Assembly (NCBI GenBank): GCA_004431415.1
Contig: QPMI01000520.1
Coordinates: 124,001 to 188,000, forward strand
Direction of reading: 5' to 3'
Origin: Cyanophora paradoxa CCMP329
Taxonomy: Eukaryota > Plantae > Glaucophyta
Length of the DNA: 64,000 nt
The position numbers and the translations under genes were made by a program. Below the pieces are notes generated by a model, which saw only the letters and a list, made by a program, of their open reading frames with translations, was not told the origin of the DNA and searched no databases. Within the stretch, counting starts at the first letter, position 1; each line of letters begins with the position of its first letter. Below are positions 1 to 12,055 of this stretch, in pieces.

Positions 1-687
1 GATGCTCGGGCGCGCCGAGGCGGCCGGCGAGGCGTGCTGCAGCGCCGCCGCCGAGTGCGCGCTGTTCATCATCGCCTGCGCCCGGGCGCCCACGCCGGCG
101 AAGAGGGAGGCCAGGGTCGGCTTCACGGCGGCCGGCGACGGCACCCGCTCCTTCGCGCGGTAGGAGCGGACGAGGGCCGCCGGGTTGCGCCCCGCGGGGC
201 CCCGCGGAGGGAGGCGGCCGGGCGGGGTGGCCTCGTGGTCGAGGCGGCCGTAGAGGACGGTGGAGGAGGAGCTGGAGGGCCGAAGCGCGTCCAGGTCCTC
301 GTAGATGAAGTCGTTCCCCTCCGAGGCCCGCGACAGCGGCCGCTCCCGCGACGCCGGCCGCTCGAGCGCGTCGTGCCCGTGCCCGTGCGTGTGCGCGTGC
401 GGTGCCTGCATCGCCCCGGGCGAGGGCGGCGCGCCCGGCCCCGCGAGTCGGGCCGCCTCGTCGCGCGAGGCCCGCCGCGCGCTGCGGGCGGCCTGCACGC
501 CGGCCCCTGCCGGCCGCTCCTCCAGCATCAAGAGCTCGACGTCTTCATCCGGGGAGAGTGCCGGCGTCGGGCCCCGCTCCTCGCCGGCCTCGCCGTCCGC
601 GTGCTCTGACGGGAGGAGATCCGAATCGGGCGCGGGCGCATCGGGTGCGTCGCCGACCTCCACGCTAAGCTCCTCTTGTCTCCTCAT
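1..687 (-). CDS. Hypothetical low-complexity protein, 3' part runs off the window
   Basis: ATG at 687 opens MRRQEELSVEVGDAPDAP...NDFIYEDLDALRPSSSS; probable 5'UTR intron at about 690-764; no recognisable domain. Confidence 0.5.
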   Translation of the reverse strand, partial: MRRQEELSVEVGDAPDAPAPDSDLLPSEHADGEAGEERGPTPALSPDEDVELLMLEERPAGAGVQAARSARRASRDEAARLAGPGAPPSPGAMQAPHAHTHGHGHDALERPASRERPLSRASEGNDFIYEDLDALRPSSSSSTVLYGRLDHEATPPGRLPPRGPAGRNPAALVRSYRAKERVPSPAAVKPTLASLFAGVGARAQAMMNSAHSAAALQHASPAASARPSI

Positions 688-1056
688 GTCTGCAGACGCA
701 GCGCTGCGCGGGGGCGTGAGCGGGTGACCGATGCAATCCGATTCGGCACGGATGAGGAACTAACCGTCCGCCGGTTGGGGGGATCTCCTCGAATCAGCAA
801 AGAAGCTCCAGCTTGCTAGGCGCGCAGGCGCCGGTCCGCCTGGAGCACTGGTGGTTGCAGCGGCACCTTGACTCCGGATGGCGTTCCGAACAAGCAGGCG
901 GGGCTGGGCAAGCAGCGGCGATCGATGCGGTAGACACGCTGTAGGATTCTTCTGCCGCTGGCTTCTCAGTTGGCTCTGGTTCAGACTAGTTGGTTCGTCC
1001 GGGTACAACGTGGTACAAGAGGGGGTAGACAAACGAAGGAAGCTTCGAGCAAAAGC

Positions 1057-2064
1057 ATGCAGGAGCTCGAGGACGTTGCTGAACTCCAGGCGCTTCTTTC
1101 CCAGGCCAAGCGACCGCGCGTGCGTGCATTGCTGCAGAGGGAGCTCGAGGCGGTGCGCACGGCGCGCGACGCCGCAGGGCCCGCGAATGCTCTAAGCTGA
1201 TCGCACACCGTAGTTGCAGAGCTCGAGCTATGCTCCGACCGGTACCGCTGCGGCGGCCGCCCCAGCAGCCACGCCGGCACCGGCCGGCGCGCAGCCGACG
1301 CCTGCCCCGCCAGTCCGGCAGGTCCTCTACACTCCGAGTGCGTGCAATAACCTTGACGCACGACTAGCGCGCTAGCCCCCCTGCAGCTGCCGCCAGCCGG
1401 GCGCGCGCGTGTACGCGCCGAACGCCTCCGGGCCCGCTGAACGGGCGCGCGCGCGCAGTCTCGTCGTACGCGTTCGACCAGAGCGACACGCACGTGAAGA
1501 TTTACATCTCGCTGGACGGCGTGGGCGACCTCCCCAAGGAGCAGATCGAGGCCAAGTTCACCAAGGACTCCCTCGACCTCGTCGTGAGCGGCCTCAAGGG
1601 CAAGAACCACCGCCTCTACGTCCCCAAGCTCGACAAGGAGGTGCCCCGGCGCCCGTCCTATGGCTCATCCGGCCCAGATCTAGATTTGATCTGACTCCCG
1701 AGAGGCAGATCGTGGCGGAGGAGAGCTCGTTCCGGGTCTCGGCCTCGTCGCACCGGGTGACGCTCTCGCTGCGGAAGGCGGGGAAGTGGGACCACTGGAG
1801 CAGCGTCGCCGAGGACCCGCGCTTCAAGGTCCCCAAGGGCGCCGACAAGGACCCCGGCGCCTCCATCACCGAGATGATGAAGTCCGCCGCTTGCACTTGG
1901 CTCCGAGTAGAGCTCGCCACAGCCCGCTGACAGTGACGGCGCCCCGCAGGACGATGTACGAGGAGGGGGACGACAACCTGAAGAAGACGATCGCGCAGGC
2001 GTGGACCGACTCCCGCAGCGGCAAGCCGCCCTCCATGGGCGGCCTCGGCGGCATGGACTTCTAG
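1057..2064 (+). CDS. CACYBP: Calcyclin-binding protein / Siah-interacting protein (N-terminal helical, CS and SGS domains), multi-exon
   Basis: MQELEDVAELQALLSQAKRPRVRALLQRELE; CS domain YAFDQSDTHVKIYISLDGV...; SGS motif DPGASITEMMKTMYEEGDDNLKKTIAQAW. Confidence 0.92.
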
Positions 2065-2314
2065 CTACATATAGGCGGGAGACGCGGCAGGGGGCCGGCG
2101 GGGCTCGGCGCGGCAGTGTACAGCGTGTCGAGCTCTTCAGAGAAGCAGAAAACAACAGAGCGCGCGCGAGAACCTACAGCTACCTGTGAATGAAAAAAGA
2201 TTTTGACGCTTGAAAAGCAGAGTGGAGTGGGGGCCTGGGCCTTAGTTACGTAGAATAAGGGCCGGCGCCGGGGGCCGGGGGCCGGGGCCGGGGCGGGGCC
2301 GGGGCGGGGCGCGC

Positions 2315-5300
2315 TCAGATCTCGTCGGCGGAGGAGCAGGACGAGGCTTCGTCGCTGGAGGAGCGGCGCTGGGCGCGGCGGGCGCGGCGCCCTTTGCCCT
2401 CGTCCTTGTCCCCGCCGAGCCCGAAGAGCTTCTTGAACTGCTTGAGGGGGGAGGGCGCCGGGGCGGCCGCCGCCTTGCCCTTGGAGGGCGTGCCGGCGGC
2501 GGGCTTGCGGGGCGTGCCCTTGCCCTCCACCCGGGGCGAGCGCGCCGTGGCCGGCCGCTCGGGGCTCGCCAGGTGTTGCTTGCGCGGGCTCCCCACCTGA
2601 GTCCGCGGCGTCGCCGAGAGGTCGACGACGGCCGGCGCCGCGGCGGCCGGCGGCGGCGGCGGGAGGGGCTTCGGGGGCGGCGCTGGGGCGGCGGAGGGGC
2701 GGACGCCGGAGCCGCTGCCGCCCTGGGCGGTGGCGGCGGAGCCGTCGAAGAAGGAGCCGACGCTGGCGACGCCGGCGGCCATGTCCTGGAGCAGCTGGCG
2801 GTACTCCTCCTGGACGCTGCCCCAGCGGCGGATGCGCTCCTTCTTCTCCTTGGCCTGGCTCTCGAGGACGGCGCGGCGGTTCTCGGCGATGCGCGCGAGC
2901 TCGTCGACGCGCGACGCGACGCCCTTGCGCAGCGCGTTCCGCAGGTTCGCCTTCACCACGAGGCTCTTGCGCGCGTTCAGCGAGTTGTGCGCCGAGTTCC
3001 GCACCGGCTCCGTCATGAACGAGTTGGGGTACGCGCACAGCTGCCGGCGCCGCGGCGCGAGGTCGTCGCGGGCACGCGGGGCGTGCGGGGCGCGCGGGGC
3101 GCACCTCGACAGTGGCGAGGAGGCGGTAGACGGTGAACATGACCTCGGCCTCGGCGCGGACCATGTCCGCCGTCCGCGCCGCGTCGTGCGACGTGATCGG
3201 CCCGTGAATCCGCACCAGGCCCCGCCGCTTGATCTTCCGCAGCAGCGGCCCGAACACTGCCCCCGGCTCAGCTCGCGCCCCCGGCGGGGCGGGGCGGGGC
3301 GGGGCGGGGCGAACTGTCGGAGGCGCTCTCGAGCCAGCTCTCGCGGCCCTCGACGGGCTCGGTGGCCCGCGCGGGGGTCCTCGCCTCCCCGCCCTCCCCG
3401 TCCTCCACCGTCTGCGCCCCCGGCGCCCCGCTCAGCGCCCTCCACGCAGAGCGGGGGCCGGCAGGGCTCGCGGGCGGGGCGCACGATGGAGGGGACGCCG
3501 GCGCCGGCGCCGGCGGCGCCGAAGACGAAGACGCCGCTGCTCGCCGTGCTCGGGGCCGCCCGGTCGGGGGTGGCGGCGCCCTCGCCCTCGTCGCCGGGGC
3601 GCTGCGGGGAGGGGCGGACGGTGCGGAGGGCGCGGTCCTTCTTGCGCTCGGAGACGCCGACGGGGAGCTCGGCGATGTTGGAGATGAGGCGGGCCATCGC
3701 CTGGTGCAGGTCGTTCACCTGCCCGCGCCGGCGGTGAGGAGCGCGCCCCGGCGGCCCCCGAGGCGCCCCGGGGGGGCGGGCCTGGGAGTCGATGTGGGTG
3801 TAGGCGCCGCGCTCGGCGAGCTTGTGGCCCTCTTCGAGGAACTCCTCGAAGGCGCCGTCCAGCGCCGCCATGATCTCCTCCAGCACGCTCCCCGGCATCC
3901 GCTCCTTCCACGCGTGGAAGACCACGTGCCGCGCCACCTGGAAGTTCCGCCACAGCACGAAGCGCACCGACCACGCGAGCCAGGCCACCCCGGGGCTCAG
4001 CACGTTCCACACGGCGGTCTCGAAGAGCACGTGGGAGGCCTTGTGGATGTCCGCCTCGTTGTGGCCCTCGGGGGCGCCCAGCGCGTTGTTCACCGCCGAG
4101 TCGTCGAAGGCGGGGAACGGCTGCAGCTCCATCAGCACCGCGAACAGGTCCCGCAGCCGCCTGCCGCGCCCGTCAGGGGCAGAGGGGACGGCGGGGAGGG
4201 GCGGTGGGGCGGCCGGCGCGCCTGTACTCGGCGCCGCCGGCGAGGAGGTGGTGGCGGGTGGAGATCTGCTCGAGGGCCTCCTGCATGACGGCGGAGCTCC
4301 AGCCGCTGGGGTCCTCGCTGGCGCGCCCCTTGACGAAGTCCTTGAGGGCCTCGAGGAAGGCGTCCAGCGTCGCGCACGGGTCCTTCACGCCCCGCTCCGT
4401 CAGCTCCGCGTACTGCCCGGGGGCCCCGGCCAGGCCCGCCCGCATCGCCTGCATCAGCATGTCGCACAGCGCGTCGCAGTCCTCCTGGATGGAGGCCTTC
4501 TCGGTGCGCCGGAGGTCCCGCTCGAGCGCGAGCAGCGCGTCGTGCTCGGCCCGCACGGCGCGCCCCAGCGGCTCCTCCACGGCGTGCAGGTAGGCCCGGC
4601 ACTGCACCACGAACGCCTCCGAGAGGACGCCCCAGAGGGGGTCCACCCCCAGGCCCCCCTTGACCGCGTCCGGCAGCGGCGAGCCGCTGGGCGCGCAGAG
4701 GGAGCGCACGAGCGCCCGCTCCGACGCCGCCGCGGCCCGCAGCGCCGCCGTCTGCGCCTCGTACGTCGCCGACTGCTCCCCGCTCTTGTAGCCGCCCACC
4801 GCCACCATGAACGTCTTGTCGTAGCCCCAGCGGCTGAACTGCGCCCCGGCGGATCAAGTCTGGCCCGGATGGACCCCGAGGAACTCGGATGCGGGCGCAC
4901 GGCGTCGTAGCGGGCGGCGAGCTCGTCGGCGTTGCGGATGAGGACGTTCTCCCAGAGCTGGTGGAAGCCGGTGAGGACGAGGAAGGTGCGGTTGAGCTTG
5001 TGCTGCTGCCCCGTCACGTTCGCGATCAGCCGCTCCAGCGCCGCCCGCTTCGGGAACTGCACTTCCGGGTCGTCGTTGCAGCTGCCGGCGCCCGGGGGGA
5101 TGAGGGGGGGGGGGGGGGGGGGGGGGGGGGGCTCGGGGATGGCGGCTGGGGGCACCGGGCGAAGACGAGGGCGATGGCGTTGCGGTCGAGGAGCTCCTTG
5201 ACGACGATGCGGTCGATGTCCTCCTTCCCGTCGTTCCCGTCCTGCAGCATCCCCGGCGTGTCCACCAGGATCGCGTCCACCTTCGCGTCGTACACTGCGC

Positions 5301-6030
5301 CCCCGCCCCCCGCGTCAAGCCCGCCTCGACCCCTCTCCCACGTCGTTCACGCTGCATCCCCGCACCCTCGATCTGGATGGCGTCGTGGGTGAAGCGCGAG
5401 ACGGTGCCGATCTCCCGCATGCGGTCCCCGACCTGCGCCCCGACCCCGCCCCGCTCGACACGTGTCCGCGTGGCAGAAATCGGGCCCGCCGCGCCGTATG
5501 AAGGCGGGCGCGGGCGCGTCGGGCTATGAGGGCGGGGCGGGGGAGTCGGGAAGGGAGCGGGGCGGGGCGGGGCCGGCACCTTGCCGCGGAGCTGCTCGAA
5601 GGTGACGACCTCCTGCTGGGCGCCCGGGAAGGCCTGGAACATGCAGTAGTCCGAGCGGCCGGTCGGCGAGGGGCCCTTGTGCAGCGTCAGATACACGGGG
5701 CACCGCGTCGCCGTCCCCTGCCGCTCCCGTCAGGGCCGTTGGGCGTCCCAGCGGGGACGCGCGGGCCTGGCTGATGAAGTTGAAGGGCCGCTGCAGGATG
5801 AACTCCAGGAAGGAGCTCTTCCCCCGCGACTGCATCCCACAGCAGACGAAGCGCGGGACTGCCGCCCCCCGCCGAGTCAGCCATCCGAACACATCCGTCG
5901 GGGCGGGCGCCCAGCGCCACGGCGCACTCGGGTGGTTCGAGTCAGTGAAGCCGAATCCCAGCTGAAGGAGGTCCTTCATGAAAGAGAAGAACCGCCCGAA
6001 GGGGTCGGCCTTTTGCTGGCCGCCCGCCAT
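2315..6030 (-). CDS. Divergent dynamin-superfamily GTPase (DRP5/Dlp-like), multi-exon
   Basis: G1 VCCGMQSRGKSS, G2 GTATRCP, G3 LVDTPG, G4 position reads RTFLVLTGFH; helical stalk region and Pro/Lys-rich tail. Confidence 0.85.
5104..5131 (+). repeat. G28 homopolymer inside a dynamin intron
   Basis: Run of 28 G read directly. Confidence 0.95.
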
Positions 6031-6482
6031 CTTGGTACTAACGGCAAGCTCGTGGAGGCTACCTCGCCTCGAAATGCTCTTTGATCGATGCTTTGATTGC
6101 TCGTGAGCGGCCGAGGCTGGGAGGGAGCTGCGGCGGCGGACAGAGCGTGGCCGTTACCAAGTTTTTTGATGGGGGGAGCAGGCCCGAGACGGGTAGGGTC
6201 TGCGCGTCGAATTCGAACCAGTTGCTGAAAAAACAGCGAGCGCACTCCTTTCCACGCTCCCCCGTGCTGTCCCCGAGCGGTTGGAAGCGCCGAGTGTTGA
6301 ACCACGTGGCGTCTGACAGTCCGGGCACAGCGCGCCGCTCCGCGCCGAATCAATCGGCCTGCCGGCGACCCGCTCGCGCGGACGTCGTGCACAGCGCCTG
6401 CAAGAACTAGCGCGGCGCTCCCTCTGCAGCGTAGTAGCACTCCCTCAGCACGCGAGCGCGGGAGGTGATCGTGCACCCGACC

Positions 6483-9400
6483 ATGGGCAAGGGCAGCGGC
6501 AAGGGTGGAAAGATGGAGCCGCAAGGCGCGAGGGCGCTGCCGTCGCAGATCAACGAGCTCGTCAAGCGTCACTGGGGATGGGGCGCCGCTAAGAGCTTCC
6601 AATGTTCTGCGATCGAGGCGGCCCTCAGGTTTTCGCTTGCTGTCGACATGGCCTGTGCTCGCTGCGAACGCTCATCGCCCACTGCAGCGGGCGCGATACC
6701 TTCATTATCCAGGCTACGGGCAGCGGCAAGTCCCTCTGCTACCAGCTACCGCCGCTCATCAGCGGGAAGATCACGGTCCGTGCTTTCTGTGCCCGCCCCA
6801 AGTCGCCGTCTGGCGCCGCTTCTGTGCCGCTTCTGTGCACAGACTGTTGTCAGCGCTCACTCTCGACGTCGCTGATGGATTTCCACCGCGCAGCTGGTCG
6901 TGTCGCCGCTCATCTCCCTGATGCAGGACCAAGTGCAGGCGGCGCTCTCGCGGAACATCCGCGCGGAGTACTTGGGGCAGACGCAGTCGGACGCCGCTGT
7001 CTTCCAGCGGGCCGAGGCGAAGCAGCTCGATCTGATCTTCGTGACGCCGGAGAAGCTGCAGAGCGAGTCGGCGGTGCGCTACCTGAAGCAGCTCCGCGGG
7101 AAGGAGCTCCTCGGCCTGCTCGCCATCGACGAGGCGCACTGCGTCAGCGAGTGGGGCGCCGACTTCCGCCCTGACTACCGCAAGCTGGCCGCCCTGCGGG
7201 ACGCCCTCCCCGGCCTCCCCGTCATGGCCCTCACCGGTGCGCCCGCCTTCTCCTCCGCTCGCGCGGCGCCGCCCCGTCCGACGCGGCGGCAGCGACGGCG
7301 ACGGAGCGGGTGCGGGCGGACATCGAGTCGAACCTGCGGCTGCGGGCGCCGCTCGTGCTGCTCTCCACCTTCAACCGCCCCAACCTCTTCTACTCGGCGC
7401 ACCTGCGGACGAGCGTGCAGGCGGACCTGAAGCCGCTGGTGGAGGAGTGCCGCGCATCGCGCGCCTCGGCGCTCGTCTACGTGCTCAAGCAGAAGGACTG
7501 CGAGGCCATCGCCGCCGTCCTCCGCGAGCAGGGCATCGCCGCCGAGCCGTCCGCCCTTCATTTCGTCTCTTTTCCCTCTCCCGGCTCGCTCGGTGACGGG
7601 GCGGCGGGGCAGGTACCACGCGGGGATGAGCGCGGGGGACCGGGAGCGCGTGCACCGCGGCTTCATGCAGGACCGCGTTCAGGTCGTCTGCGCCACCGTC
7701 GCCTTCGGCATGGGTGCGCCCCCCGCCCCGCGCGCCCCTCCTCCGCTCTCCTCCGTGCTTGGAGGCCAACGACCCAACCGGGCGGCAGGCATCGACAAGC
7801 CGGACGTGCGGCACGTCGTGCACTACGGCCTGCCCAAGTCGCTGGAGACATACTACCAGCAGTCGGGGCGGGCGGGGCGCGACGGGGAGCCGGCGCAGTG
7901 CCGCCTCTACTTCAGCTCGGCGGACTACGCGATGGTCAACTTCTACGTGCAGGGCGTGGAGGCCGCGCAGCAGGCCACCGTCCGGGAGATGTTCCGCTCC
8001 ATGCAGGGCTACGCCGAGACCGGCGGCTGCCGGCGGCGCTACGTGCTGCAGTACTTCGGGGAGGGGGCGGCGGAGGGGTGCGGGGCGTGCGACAACTGCA
8101 AGGAGGGCGGCCGCCGCCCCGACCACGACTTCACGGACGACGCCCGCCTGCTCCTCCTCGCCATGCCCGCCCCTCGCCTCCCCCGCACCCTCTCCCGCTC
8201 CCCTCGCCGCTGACGCCCGCGCGCGCAGCCAGGAGACGGGGGAGCGCTTCGGGCTGACGGTGCCGGTCCAGGTGCTGCGCGGCTCGAAGAGCAAGGAGGT
8301 GCTGGGGAAGGAGAGCATGTTCCGCGTCCCCGTCGAGCGCATGAAGTCGCACGGCTCCGGCCGCCACCAGCCCGACGAGTACTGGAAGGCCCTCCTCAGG
8401 TCCCCCCGTCTCCCGACCCCCGCACCCCTCCTCCCTCCCCGTCCGACGCCGCTCCGCCGCAGGGCGCTCGTGCGGGAGGGGTACGCGACGGCGCAGGCGG
8501 TGACCACGCAGCACGGCGGCTTCGAGACCTTCGGGCTCTCGCCGAAGGGTCCCCTCCCGCCCCTCGACCCCTGCCGAGCGCGCGGCCGTGCCGAGCGAGC
8601 GGCGCAGGGCGGGACGTGGCGCTGGGGAAGGCGGGCGGGCAGCGGGTCGCCTTCGCCGTGCCGCAGGAGATCGCGGCGCTGCAGGCGCGCGCGGCGCGCC
8701 TCAGCGGCGCCGGCGAGGCGGCCGCCAACGCGGCCTCGGGCTTCGTCGCCTCCGTCGTGCCCAACTCCGCCTCCGACCCCGCCGCCGCCGAGCTGGCCCG
8801 CCCCGGCCCCCGCCCCGCCCTCCCCGCCCCGCTGACGCCCGCGCAGGCGCGGAAGCTCGAGGGTCTCTACGCCGCGCTCATGGACTGGCGCCGCGCCGTC
8901 GCCGCCGAGCAGAACCTCCCCGCCTACTGTGTGCCCCCGCCCGGCCCCGCCGCATCCTTCGGGCCCGGGCGCGGCCCGAGCCTCGCGCGTCAGGCGTGTG
9001 CGACAACAAGACGCTGCGGAACGTGTCGCTGGTGCGGCCGGCGTCGCTGGCGGCGCTGCGCAAGGTGGAGGGCATCGGGGAGGGCCGCCTCGAGCGCTAC
9101 GGCGCCGCCCTCGTCCGCGCCGTTCTCGACCACTGCCAGGCCCGCCTCCCCCTCGCCGCCCCTCTGCTGCCTCCCCCGCTCACGCGCCCCGTAGGCCAAC
9201 CGCATCGACGTGGACAGCGGCGAGGGCCTCCCCGAGGCCAGCCAGGTCGCGGTGCGGGGGCGCCCGCCTGCGTCCCCTCCCGCGGCCCCCTCACCGGCCC
9301 CGCGCGCGAGCAGCAGCCGCGGGGGTCGGCGGGGGAGGCGGGGCGCCCGGCGAAGATCACGGCGACGAAGGCCGAGGCGCACTCGCTCTTCCAGGCCGGC

Positions 9401-10253
9401 CGCTCCGTCCCCGAGATCGCCGCCCTCAAGGGGGTAGGGGCCCCACCCCGCTCCCCTACCGCGCGCCCCGCCCGACACGCCTCCTTCCTCCGCCCAGGTG
9501 GCCGTCTCGACGATCGAGAACTACCTCTCCGACTGCGCCGCGGTGCGGACGTCCCCCTTCAGCTTTCTTCCACAGCAGGGGAGGGCCGGCTGAGGGGGGG
9601 CGGGGGCGGGCAGGCGGGGATGGCGGTGGACGCGGAGCGCTTCGGGTGCACGGCGGAGGTGCAGGGGCTCGTGCGGGCCGCCGTGGGGCGCCTCGGGGGC
9701 GAGGCCCGCCTCAAGGCCCTCAAGGAGGCCCTCCCCGAGCACGTCTCCTACGGCCACCTCAAGCGCGCCCGCCGGCCTCCTGCGCCGCCGCCCGGCGCCC
9801 CTCACCCGCCCCCGCCCCCGCAGGATGGCCCTCGCCCTCCTCAACCCGCCCCCGGCGGAGGCCGCCGCCCCGCCCGCTTCCTCCTCCTCCTCCTCTTCCT
9901 CGGCGGCGGCGCCGAAGGCGAAGGCGAGCATCGTGAGGGGCGGCGGGGCGGCGGCGCAGGAGGCCGGCTGGCGCGCCGTCGTGGCCGCCCGGGGCAAGCG
10001 CCCCTCCGAGGGCTCCTCCTCCGAGGAGGCCCCCGAGGACTCCCCCGGGGCCAGCAAGCGGGCGCGGGGCCCGCCCACGCGGGAGGCCATCGCGGAGAGG
10101 GTCGCGGCGGCGGCGGCGGGCGGCGGGCTGACGCGGGGCGAGCTCGCGGCGGCGCTCGGCTGCGGCGAGGGGGAGCTCGGGGCGCCCCTCGACGCCCTCC
10201 AGGCCGACTTCGTCCTCTACCTCAGCGCCTCCGGCCGCCTCCTGCCCCTGTAG
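6483..10253 (+). CDS. recQ: RecQ family DNA helicase with RQC, HRDC and C-terminal HTH domains
   Basis: [69 protein letters not shown], Zn site CRR...CGACDNC, HRDC (NLPAY...[14 protein letters not shown]). Confidence 0.96.
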
Positions 10254-10310
10254 CCGCCGCCCCCGCCGCCCCGCCCGAACCGAACGGACCGCACCGAACG
10301 GAGCTGCCGA

Positions 10311-11962
10311 TCAGGCGGCGGGGCGGCGGGTGCGGGGGCCCGGGAAGCCGGTGAGGGAGAGGGGCGGGAAGAGGGGGTGGGGCGGGAGGGCGGGGAGGGA
10401 GCCCCGCGCGAAGACGCTCGCGTTGTTCCAGGAGCGGAGGGGCGAGCCCGGCGGGGCGGCGAGGCGGGCGCGGAGGGCCGCCAGGACTGCGGGGTTCGAG
10501 GGGGAGGGGAGGAGGGGCCGGCGGGGGGCGAGGCGGCGGGGGTCGACGAAGAGCTCGCGGAGGGCCCCCGAGGCAGCGTCGAGCAGGAGCAGCAGCACCG
10601 CGCGGGCCGGCGGCGGCGCGGCGGCCGCCCCCGCGCGCGCCGGCAGCTGCACCAGGAGCAGGAGGGCCAGGAGCGCGCGGCCGCCGCGGGCCTGCGCGTG
10701 CGAGGCGGCGTGAGCGAGGGGTGGAGGACAAGAGTGGGTACGGGCGCGCCGCGAGGACGTGGAGCTCGTAGTCGGAGAGCTGCGGACGGGCGGGGCCGTG
10801 AGGCGGGGCGGGCGGGGTACAGGCAGGCCGAGGCGGCGTCCAGGGCGCACGCGGCCGGCGGCGAGGAAGCGCCAGGAGGGCCAACGCCGGGCCAGGTACC
10901 CCTCCACGTCCAGCGAAGCCTGCCGGCTCGGGTCGGGCGGGGCGGGGGGCGGGGCGGGGCGGGGCGCGCGGCGCACCGCGAAGGGGGCGGAGAAGGGCGC
11001 GAGGCCCGGGGACGCGGCCGGCCCCGTGACGCACGCGCGGAGGCGGGCGCGCGGGAGGGAGGAGGCGGGCCCGGGGGGCGGGGCGCCCGGGCCGTCCTCG
11101 GCGCGGGGCTCCCAGCGGGCCGGGGAGAGGTCCACGACGTGCGCGGCGTCCCCGGCGTTCAAAACGAGTGTGTGCGGCTCCTCGAAGTCGATGCACGCGT
11201 CCGCGTCGAAGGGCGAGTGCGGCGGGAGCTGCGTGTACGCGAAGTGCAGGCCGCCCGGGCGCCCGTCCCCGCCGCGGAACACCGAGACGTAGCCCTCGAC
11301 CTCCTCCTTCAGCTGGGATGCCAGCGCGTGCCCGTGTGCCACTGCGCATCCGCATACGCGCGCGTTGGCGGGAACGGTATGTGCTCGAATTCGATCTCTC
11401 TCGGTGCTAAGTGCGGAAAGCACGGTAAAGAGAGCGGCGCACCGAGGAGGCCGCCAGGAAGCTCGGCGATGGTGATGCGCATGGCGGCGGGGAGCGGCCG
11501 GAATCCGGCGAAGAGCGGCGCCTCCATGACCTTGCGGAGCGGGCCGCGCCCTGCGCCCTCCAGGCGCCACCGCTGCAGGGCGTACGACGCGTCCGAGACC
11601 GCGTCCGCCTCCCGCAGATCCACTGTCGTGCGATACGCGATGAGATCCCCCGCCGACGTCCTGCGGTCCAACTTTAACCTTCGCTTGCTCGCGCTCAGTC
11701 GCGGCGGGCGGACCATCCCAGCAGAACGACGCCGAGCAGCAGCTCCTGTTCACGGTCGAGCACGTCGACGATGCTTACGGGGCGCCTCACGCAGGCCGCC
11801 GCCCGCGCGAGACCGCGCCGCTCGCCCAGCTCCCGCGCCCGCAGCGCCGCCACCAGCCCGCGCGCCATGCGCTGCGCATCCGCGCGCCTCGGCGCGTACG
11901 CTGCGGTCGTCGCTCGCCGGGTCGCTTCGATGTTCAGCTATAGGCTTAGGCCGCTTAGCCAT
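10311..11962 (-). CDS. DCAF15-like CRL4 substrate receptor
   Basis: Motifs in the same order as recalled animal DCAF15: LIAY..YALQRWRL..LRKVMEAPLF..RITIAELP, LVLNAGD, LDVEGYL, LSDYELHVL, C-terminal WNNASVFARGSLPAL..HP. Confidence 0.65.
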
Positions 11963-12055
11963 GAATGGGGTACCCGTAAGAATGACCCCCCGCCCGCGGC
12001 CCTTCAGCTTCCTGAGCGGTTGCAATGCAAGCATATGTAGCCGTACACGCTCATG

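Noticed and set aside
7546-7612. Apparent GC donor in RecQ before YHAG
   Set aside because: A GT donor at 7549 gives GIAAEPYHAG with the expected spacing, so it was not counted
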